Source of the DNA: Eledone cirrhosa
Lineage: Eukaryota
Reading direction: 5' to 3'
Assembly (NCBI GenBank): GCA_964016885.1
Contig: OZ024763.1
Span: 17,918,001-17,982,000 of the forward strand
DNA length: 64,000 nt
Shown here: positions 55,168 to 64,000 of the stretch, one piece after another
Layout: every line of letters starts with the position of its first letter
Position numbering within the stretch: position 1 is the first letter of the stretch
Made by a program: the position numbers and the translations under genes
Notes under the pieces: model-generated
What the model saw: the letters and a program-made list of their open reading frames with translations, nothing else
What the model was told of the DNA's origin: nothing
Databases searched by the model: none

Positions 55168-55367
55168 AAATCCTGGTGATTGACAGCAGCAGCTCAGAAA
55201 TAACCCAAGCTATAACTGGGATTACAGCCAGGCAACTAGGTTACCAGTTAGAGGACCCCTTTCCTGTTGGTTTAAACTACGACCCTAACAAGAAAGCTTT
55301 GGTTTCCAATGGAAGACCTGGTCACTTACAATTTTATTGTCTACACACCAATACACCGTTGTTTAAT
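55168..55367 (+). CDS. WDR75: WDR75 exon 10 (EILVIDSSSSEITQAITG...KALVSNGRPGHLQFYCLHTNTPLFN)
   Basis: NG.PGHLQFY motif; AG acceptor, GTGAGT donor. Confidence 0.96.
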
Positions 55368-55767
55368 GTGAGTATCTTTCAGGGTTGTTCAGTTCTTTGA
55401 GGACTTTTGTAGGAATTTAGTAAAAGACACATAAGTCATAAAAGAACAGATTCTTCTTTGCCTTCTTCTCATTCTTCTCTCACTTAGGAAAAATTTAGTT
55501 ACCTGGTAATCTTTGTTTTGTTTTTGTTGCTGTTGATTCTTTCATACTCATATTTCGGGACTTAAAATTCCCTTCTTCAGAGTATAGGGACTTCTCAGAG
55601 AAAAATTATATATATTTCTTCTTCTTCGTCCAAGCGTGAAACTAATACACTTCATGTACGGCAACACTCATCTTTTTCCATTTCTCCGAGGGTTATAAAC
55701 CCCACTATCAGGCTAGAAATTTCTTTAGTCTAAAATACGGTGAAAGCTTATAATTTATAATTTCTAA

Positions 55768-55798
<31 letters not shown>

Positions 55799-55810
55799 TT
55801 CCTGTTTCAG

Positions 55811-55998
55811 TTGGATGTTGTTGGAATAAACTATATATCTCCTGAGAGTCTTGACAAACAGTCAGGTGTGGCGGAAGTACTGAAGGCAAGTTTCAGTGAC
55901 AATGGAGAATGGCTGGCAACTTTACAACACTGGGAAATAGCGGGATTTGATCCAGAAATAACTCTCAAGTTTTGGTATTACAACTCAAAGAAACAAAA
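55811..55998 (+). CDS. WDR75: WDR75 exon 11 (LDVVGINYISPES...GEWLATLQ...TLKFWYYNSKKQK)
   Basis: G.WLAT and LKFW motifs; AG acceptor, GTAATT donor. Confidence 0.95.
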
Positions 55999-56001
55999 GT
56001 A

Positions 56002-56040
<39 letters not shown>

Positions 56041-56347
56041 GGATTTGGGGGTGGATTGGCAGTACCGGTAGAGGGTCGGATGCCATGCTTTGCAGCATAG
56101 AGTTACCTCCCTGTATGATCTGAGTTCAAATCCCACCGAGGTTAACTTTGCCTTTCATCCTTCCGGGGTCGATAAAATAAAGTACCAGTAATGTACTGGG
56201 GTAATTGCTGGCCTTGTGCCAAAAGTAGAAACAATTATTATTGGATTTGGCAGAATCGGTAGAGTGTCAGCCATAGTTGATGGTTTTTCATCCTTTACAT
56301 GTGGGCTGGGCACTTTTTGTTGTGTCACCTGCACAACCACTTTACAG

Positions 56348-56385
<38 letters not shown>

Positions 56386-57023
56386 TACCAAAATTAAATT
56401 AAAGATGTCATGTCTAAGAATGTCAGAAACATGCGCCATACCACCTGTGGAATAAGCTCAAAGATTCTAAGGAATAAATCTGAGCATTTATTAATACTAA
56501 CCCATGCTAGCGTGGAAAATGGACGTTAAACGAAGATGATGATGATGATTAAATTAAAAATCGATTGACATCATCATTTCATTTCATTTTATGTCCACTT
56601 TTCCCTGCTTGCAAGGGTGGGACGGGAACTGATTCTGGCTTGATTTCTACAGCTGGATGCCCTTCCTAACACCAACCTCATTTACAGTGAGTGCTGGGTG
56701 CTTTTTTTGCCGTGGCACCTCCACGACCACTTTGCAGTGGAATGATATATATATATATATATCAAAGGTATATATTGAGTTAGAAACTCAAAATAGTCTC
56801 TTACAATAAAATAGCTCTAGGAAAGAGATTTTTCCGAGCCGTATATTATAATTGAATATAAAAGAAAGATAAACACAGATATATACATATATGTGTTCAA
56901 ATCATAAGGGACCAGATTCACTGAGGTGAAAAGAATACTAACTATGGACAATAGGGTTTGCCAGACTCGATTTAAGAATAAATCAAGCAAATAAATACAA
57001 ACTGGAATTGTGGTAACTACCAA

Positions 57024-57103
57024 TCACCCAGACAGCTTTGGTAATGCTGTTTCGCAAAATTAATTGTGAAGTGGAATACCGATTCTTGCTCGTCAGTGGG
57101 TGA
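57024..57103 (-). ncRNA. Type I hammerhead ribozyme motif, complete core
   Basis: Minus strand reads UCACCCA-CUGACGA-GCAAGA...UUUUGC-GAAA-CAGC(auuaccaaa)GCUG-UC/UGGGUGA. Stems I, II and III all pair; cleavage triplet GUC. Confidence 0.85.
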
Positions 57104-57423
57104 AGAATTAGTATCCTGGTCACTTCTAAGTATATTAAAAAACTGAATAGTGTGCGTATATATAACGCACATGGTATCAGAACTTAGCGTGTCTCACAAA
57201 CTCACACCACTAAAAATAGCAGCCAGGTTTACTCAACATTTGAATTAGCTCAACAAATTAACAGAGCCAAATATATCAAAGGTATATATTGAGTTAGAAA
57301 CTCAAAATAGTTTCTTACAAGCGAATCTGGTCCCTTACAATTTGAACACATATATGTATATATGTGTGTTTATCTTTCTTTTATATTCAATTATATATAT
57401 ATATATATTTGTTTCTTTCCTAG

Positions 57424-57602
57424 GTACATACTGAACACAATGATTGCAGCCCCTCATTTGAAGAATGTCAGTAGTTTGTGTTTTTCTCGACTTAATTCAA
57501 CTGTTGCTGAATCAGGCTCAACTGTGAGACAATCAGTTGTCACCTGTAGCAGTGACAGATTATTTAAACTCTGGAGTCAACCTCATGATCCAAATCTCTC
57601 CT
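57424..57602 (+). CDS. WDR75: WDR75 exon 12 (YILNTMIAAPHLKNVSSLCF...VTCSSDRLFKLWSQPHDPNLS)
   Basis: LNT.I..PH and D..FK.W motifs; AG acceptor, GTGAGT donor. Confidence 0.95.
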
Positions 57603-58900
57603 GTGAGTATCTCATTATTTCATTGTGGTAGTAATGGTTGTTGTTGTGGTAGGGATGATTTTATGTTTAAGATGTTGGAAGAGATTGTTGTGACCATGAG
57701 AGCAACATAATTCAAACTCTATTCCCAATATATATATATATATATATCATCATCATCATCATTTCATTTTACGTCCGCTTTTTCCCTGCTTGCAAGGGTG
57801 GGACGGGAACTGATACTGGCTTGATTTCTACAGCTGGATGCCCTTCCTAACACCAACCTCATTTACAGTGAGTGCTGGGTGCTTTTTTTGCCGTGGCACC
57901 TCCACGACCACTTTACAGTGGAATGATAGGGACTGGAGTCCCTATCATCTCATTTCTACAGCTGAGTAAACTGGAACAATGTGAAATAAAGTGTCTTGCT
58001 CAAGGAAACAACACATCACCCGGTCTGAGTATTGAACTCACAACCTTTCGATTGCAAGGCCAATGCTCTAACCACTAAGCCATGTGCCTCCATTCATTCA
58101 TTTCATTTTACGTCCGCTTTTCCCTGCTTGCAAAGGTGGGACGGGAACTGATTCTGGCTTGATTTCTACAGCTGGATGCCATATATATATATTATGTCCA
58201 TAGAATCATTTGATAAGATATATACACCATTTTCTCTCCCAATCAACATAATCAAACACACAAAAAACCAATTAAACCAGGCTATAAGATTAAAAGGCAC
58301 CTATGTAGAAATAATAGATAAATAAATGACAGCCCTCTATTCGTGATCAACAGCTATAGAATATTTACCCAGCATTTCAATAGCACATGGAAATCAATTA
58401 AATATACCGTCAACCATACACAATTCGGTATCAAATTAAAGTTAGAAGAAAAAATGCATATAAACATACCAGGATTATATATATATATAAGGGAAAGAAA
58501 TTGAAAATGCAACTGGTGCCTTTTTAAGAATATTTGTTTCCTTTACCGGTTTCACAGTTCTTATGCTTTTCAAAAGTAGAATTGAGATGGAGGGTTTGTG
58601 GTTTTTCTCGCGATTTCTTTTCCTTATACTTTCACTCGTGTAGGACATCTCATTTTTTCCATTTTAAAAAAAACCTCATTTTCTTATATATATATTTATT
58701 AAAATAACAGATTAAAGTTTAAGCAAAGAATCGCTGCTTTCACCCTTCTGAAACTCCCGTTAAGGGTGAAAGCAGCGATTCTTTGCTTAAGCTTTAATCT
58801 GTTATTTTAATAAATATTTGCTCTACGGTTCTTATATATTTGATATATATTTATCCTTATCGAGCCCTCTTTGGATTTTAGTCTTCAAATTTATTATTAT

Positions 58901-58952
<52 letters not shown>

Positions 58953-60296
58953 ATATGTAAAAGGTAAATAGAAATAACAACACAATCGGTACAGTATGTA
59001 GAAGGAATATATTAGGCTAATGCTTGAAATAGCAGGAAGAGTGTCTTAATGGTTCGGATGCTAGTCCTTCATCAGAAGAAAGAATGAGAAATTAGAAAGA
59101 TTGAGGGTACGGGCAGCAGGGCAGAATCGGAAAAATACCAGGTCCATTCATGTTGCCATCTGTTGGAAATATAAGGAGCTATTGATTCCAATGTCAGGCC
59201 TGATTGTGATGAAGTAAATCTTGAACTGCTCGATAATGAAACATGTATGTGGTGCAATCTTTATACTTTGTTCCAGCCTGCTTATTATATATATATATAT
59301 ATATTGTTATACTTTGGGAGGGTCATGTTGCCAATAAACACACTCGCACCTGTTGGTTTTCACTTCAATTTATTATAAATTTTCAGTTGGTTAGTTCGAT
59401 AACCGGAAGGTTGCTTATATAGTGTCAAAGCTCTTTCGTCACACAATGTGACCTCCTCAGGAGAGAGACAAAATAAAAACATAGTCACTGAGGAGGTCAC
59501 AGATGTGTGGCGAAAGAGCTTTGGCAATATATAAACAACTTTCCGGTTATTCAACCAACCAACCAACCGGAAATTTATAATAAATTGAAGTGAAAACCAA
59601 CAGGTGTGTGTGTATGTGTTTTTATTGGCAACATGACCCTCCCAAAGTATAACAATATCTGTTTTCAACACACGTTTTCAGATAAGAAATCTTGCAAAAC
59701 AAATTCAAAAACGAATTATATATATATATGCACATGGCTTAGTGGTTAGAGCATTGGCCTTGCAATCGAAAGGTTGTGAATTCAATTCTCAGACCGGGTG
59801 ATGTGTTGTTTCCTTGAGCAAGACACTTTATTTCACATTGCTCCAGTTTACTCAGCTGTAGAAATGAGATGATAGGGACTGGGGTCCCTATCATTCCACT
59901 GCAAAGTGGACGTGTAGGTGCCACGGCAAAAAAGCACCCAGCACTCACTGTAAATGAGGTTGATGTTAGGAAGGGCATCCAGCTGTAGAAATCAAGCCAG
60001 AATCAGTTCCCGTCCCACCCTTGCAAGCAGGGAAAAGCGGACATAAAAATGATGATGATGATACACATATACATATATATTATATATATATATATATATA
60101 ATAAAATCACACAACCACTTGATGTGGTTTGTTCATTCAAATGTTTATACTTTCTTTACTAGAAGAGAGATTGACATGAAAATTTGCAATATTAGAATAA
60201 AGACTTTGTATTTTGCAAGAATGTTTTGGTAATGTGGTTTCATGTGGTACAGGATATGAAGTCAAACCGTTCTTTGTTTCTGTCCATAATTTTCAG

Positions 60297-60483
60297 CTGA
60301 AGAGACAAAGTGGAGTTGTGGGCTGGAAGGATTCTACCATGACTACGTCCCCAGAGATGCTTGTTTTACAGAAGATGGGTCTTTGCTTGGAGTTACCTTC
60401 AACCACCTGGTCACCATCTGGGATCCACTAACCAAATCACTTGAACGAGTCTTGCAAAATCCTTTGGATCAATCTAACTGCAG
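60297..60483 (+). CDS. WDR75: WDR75 exon 13 (SEETKWSCGLEGFYHDYVPRDACFTEDGSLLGVTFNHLVTIWDP...)
   Basis: W.C...G.YH and F.EDGSLL..VTIWD motifs; AG acceptor, GTATTT donor. Confidence 0.96.
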
Positions 60484-60624
60484 GTATTTCACTTATTTCA
60501 TATATATGTGTGTGTGTGCGCGTGATAGGAAGGGCGTCCATCTGTAGAAAGCTTGCCAAACAAAGGTTTGATAGGACCCTTTAGTTGTGTCAATGACATG
60601 ACAGCCTCCCTAGTGTTTTGGTGA

Positions 60625-60990
60625 TCTACACACGTGGCCATGCCTACAAAGTCAGAAAAAAGTACAGCTCCCATGACTTTCAGAAACATCTTTTCACGTT
60701 CAGAGTTGCATCAGTTGTTAGCTGTCAAGACACTGCATCCTTTAAAACCTCCATGGAACAAACTACCTGCATCAGTTGTTAGCTGTCGAGACACTGCATC
60801 CTTTAAAACCTCCATGAAACAAACTACCTGCATCCTTTAAAACCTCCATGCAACAAACTACCTGCATCAGTTGTTAGCTGTCGAGACACTGCATCCTTTA
60901 AAACCTCCATGCTTCCTGAAATTCGCCAACACTACACCTGATATTCACCCTCCATATACACGTATATCATGACTCACACACACACAGACA
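60625..60990 (+). mobile_element. CR1-type LINE 3' end with internal tandem duplications
   Basis: TRGHAYKVRKK...FRV and PWNKLPASVVSCRDTASFK motifs. Confidence 0.7.
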
Positions 60991-61090
60991 CCCATACGTA
61001 CATTGATTTCTAATCCTCTATGATAATGACACAATTTGTAATTTTTAAATTGAAATTCATTCTTTCTTTCTCTTTCCCCTTTGTCTTCAG

Positions 61091-61182
61091 ACAGTTGAAA
61101 TTTGGTCACAAAAGTTGCTTCCATTTGTTAGTATCAACTTCAGAATCAAAGTTAACAGTTTGGAATATACTTACTAGTACTG
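61091..61182 (+). CDS. WDR75: WDR75 exon 14 (RQLKFGHKSCFHLLVSTSESKLTVWNILTST)
   Basis: AG acceptor, GTAAGT donor; matches L.FG..C...L...WNLL. Confidence 0.93.
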
Positions 61183-61498
61183 GTAAGTTTATAAAAAACC
61201 CTTTTCTTTGATATTTCTCTTACATATTTCATTTATATTCGGGTAACCACAAAAACACACCAAGCTTGATTATCCCATTGATGTTTGCCAAGCACCAAAG
61301 GGGACACATTGAGTGTCTATGATATTAACCAATACCACATAAAACTTTGTTAATTTATGCAACTATAGCCACCAATATTGTAAGGATATTCATTTAAGTT
61401 TTCATATTATAAGTATTTGAAATCAAGGAGTGTTTTTGTGGTCACCCTATATATTTTATTCTTCCCTTCATAATTTTTAATATCATCCTCTGATATAT

Positions 61499-61838
61499 GG
61501 AGGCACATGGCTTAGTGGTTAGAGCATTGGCCTTGCAATCGAAAGGTTGTGAGTTCAATTCTGAGACCAGGTGATGTGTTGTTTCCTTGAGCAAGAGACT
61601 TTATTTCACATTGCTCCAGTTTACTCAGCTGTAGAAATGAGATGATAGGGACTGGGGTCCCTATCATTCCACTGCAAAGTGGTCGTGGAGGTGCCACGGC
61701 AAAAAAGCAGCCAGCACTCACTGTAAATGAGGTTGGTGTTAGGAAGGGCATCCAGCTGTAGAAATCAAGCCAGAATCAGTTCCCGTCCCACCCTTGCAAG
61801 CAGGGAAAAGCGGGCGTAAAATGAAATGATGATGATGA
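61499..61838 (+). mobile_element. tRNA-derived SINE family B (CORE-like centre, (GAT)n tail), representative copy
   Basis: Head GGCTTAGTGGTTAGAGC..GAGTTCAATTC, centre CCTTGAGCAAGACACTTTATTTCAC, then AGGAAGGGCATCCAGC. Other copies near 25575, 26225, 26575, 27900, 28841, 29770, 45940, 50935, 57750, 59730, 62667. Confidence 0.85.
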
Positions 61839-63614
61839 AAAATGATGATCCTCGTTTTATGTCGACTTTTCCATGCTGGCATGGGTTGGACGGGATTTTT
61901 TAAGGCAATGTTTTACAGCCAGATGGTCTTTCTGCCATTACCTCTTTTAGTCACTTCTTAGGACATGTGGAGGCTGGAGAGAAATGAGGCAGGCATGTTT
62001 CATTGGATATGCAATGTTAATATGCAACAACGACGTAGCTTGGATGAACTGAGGGAGAAACTGGGTATAAGCGGAATCAGAAGTAGTGTGCAGAGGAGAC
62101 TGTATTGATGTGGATATGTGATTTGCAGAGATGATGATGGCTGGGTGAAGACGTGCCAAATATTCCCATTGGAAAGCAGCCACAGTATAAGAAGATCTGG
62201 ATGGAAGTGGTGAGAACTGATCTCAGATTGCTGAAGCTCACAGAAGAGATGTCAAGGAATCATGACATGTAGAGATGTTGTGTTGAGGAGGACCCATGCA
62301 TGTGTGGAACAACAAATGTAAAATGATGCTGATGATGTACATAGCATTGGGTAAAGGGTAAAGATACCCTTCAGTCATGAATGACCATGGGCTTTGTACC
62401 TAGAAAGTTCCCCTCCAAGCCACAAGTCCAGACAAGGTTGTTTGTGGAAGACCTCCACGCCTCTCCACGCCATCTATGTTGTCCAAGGGAAAGGCAAATG
62501 CCGATAAAGCTTGGCACCAGTGATATTGCAACTTGTTTCTACAGCTGAGTGAACTGGAGCAACATGAAGTCCAGTTCGAGAATCGAGCTCACAACCTCCT
62601 GGTTGTAAGCCAGAAGCTCTAAGCACTAAACCATGCACCTTCACATGGTATATATATATATATATGGAGGCACATGGCTTAGTGGTTAGAGCATTGGCCT
62701 TGCAATCGAAAGGTTGTGAGTTCAATTCTCGGACCGGGTGATGTGTTATTTCCTTGAGCAAGACACTTTATTTCACATTGCTCCAGTTCACTCAGCTGTA
62801 GAAATGAGATGATAGGGACTGGCGTCCCTATCGTTCCACTGCAAAGTGGTCGTGGAGGTGCCATGGCAAAAAAGCACCCAGCACTCACTGTAAATGAGGT
62901 TGGTGTTAGGAAGAGCATCCAGCTGTAGAAATCAAGCCAGAATCAGTTCTCATATGAGCAAGACAAGGTCAGCCAACCGGACACTGCCCACAAGACAACC
63001 CGTCTAACCCATGCTAGCGTGGAAGAACGGACATAAAACGGTGATGATGATGATGATATAGACATATTGTTTTTATGTCGATTTTTCCATGCTGGCATGA
63101 GTAGGACGGGATTTCTTGAGGCAATGTTTTACAGCTGGTTAACCTTTCTGCCACCAGCCCTTTTAGTTGCTTCTTACAACACACAGGAATATGGTGTGCC
63201 TATTGTAAACTGGATAGACACTTTTATGTAGGAAAATTTGTTAAGTTGTGCTTCAAATGGTCCTGTAACTTCTGAGGTGGTTGTAGGGGCACCATGGTGT
63301 TTCTAGGGCATTATAAAACCTGGCAGAGCCCATCTTCTTTCCATGTCTGAATACAGAAGATTTCTTCCAGAGAAGGAAAGAGATAACGAGGAAGAATCAA
63401 TCCTTTGGCTGGTACTTTTTTTATCAACCTCAAATGAACGGAAGGCAAAGTACTTAAAATACTAGCTAAATATTAACAAAAACCACCTGGTTTACATTGT
63501 GAAATGGTTGTGCTGGTGTAACAACAAAAGCACCCAGGCTACTCTGTAATGTTTTAGAGTTGGTGCAACATTTTATTCTATGTTGTTGTTGATGATGATG
63601 ATGTTCTATTCCAG

Positions 63615-63701
63615 TGTTATGGTCAGTTGATGTGACAGTCTCCTGTTTAGCTGTAGACCCAGACACTGCAACAATGGCTGCCTTCACTGATGACAGATGT
63701 T
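63615..63701 (+). CDS. WDR75: WDR75 exon 15 (VLWSVDVTVSCLAVDPDTATMAAFTDDRC)
   Basis: ccAG acceptor, GTAAGT donor; matches W.....V.....DP.S..IAA. Confidence 0.92.
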
Positions 63702-64000
63702 GTAAGTACCTTCTGTTACACTCGACACTACACACACTATATACACTACTGCATACACTATACACACTACTGTATACACTATACAAATACTACTCTATAT
63801 ATTCTACACTCGAGGGGGTTATTTGGTGGGGCAGAAGGGTAGTTCCATTAATGGCTACCTTCACTGATGACATGTTATACCTTCCTCTATATCCTCTCTA
63901 CACTACACACACTATATACACTGCTGTATAACACTATACACACTACTGTATACACTATACACATGCTACTCTATATATTCTACTCTCAAGAGGGTTATTT

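Larger units (their letters stand above)
38441..64000 (+). other. WDR75: WDR75 gene span (15 coding exons in window, 3' end beyond window)
   Basis: The spliced translation (607 codons +1 nt) is colinear with recalled human WDR75 motifs: VKVYS..TGECVH.L.GH, SCSLD.T...WDY.DG, FTCVACHP, HWH...VMDL.FSV.G, FLPRLGA, NG.PGHLQFY, EDGSLL. All 14 complete introns are GT-AG with matching phases. Confidence 0.95.

Noticed and set aside
61499-61570. tRNA-like sequences at SINE heads
   Set aside because: A/B boxes are present but run into SINE bodies without a proper acceptor stem; not tRNA genes.

Overview
AT-rich, microsatellite- and SINE-dense animal genomic DNA; the repeat style suggests an octopod cephalopod (inference). 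The right half holds the first 15 coding exons of WDR75 (UTP17/NAN1 ortholog, SSU-processome UtpA subunit) on the + strand, 38441 to 63701. All introns are GT-AG with consistent phases, giving 1822 coding nt, and the gene runs off the window end. The left half has no confidently identifiable protein gene, only hints of a minus-strand transcript. Almost all ORF-track entries are translations of micro- or minisatellites. Most notable: (1) about 8 sequence families of type I hammerhead-ribozyme motifs, several with intact cores, sitting in direct or inverted repeat contexts typical of Penelope-like elements, some inside WDR75 introns; (2) several tandem arrays that can be traced to adjacent R4/Dong, RTE, CR1 and SINE fragments; (3) a Tc1/mariner (DUF4817-like) relic inside a 23-bp satellite that has an 851-bp higher-order duplication; (4) SINE insertions with TSDs and 5' inversions. 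No CRISPR or other prokaryotic system is present. Family names come from manual motif recognition, not database searches.
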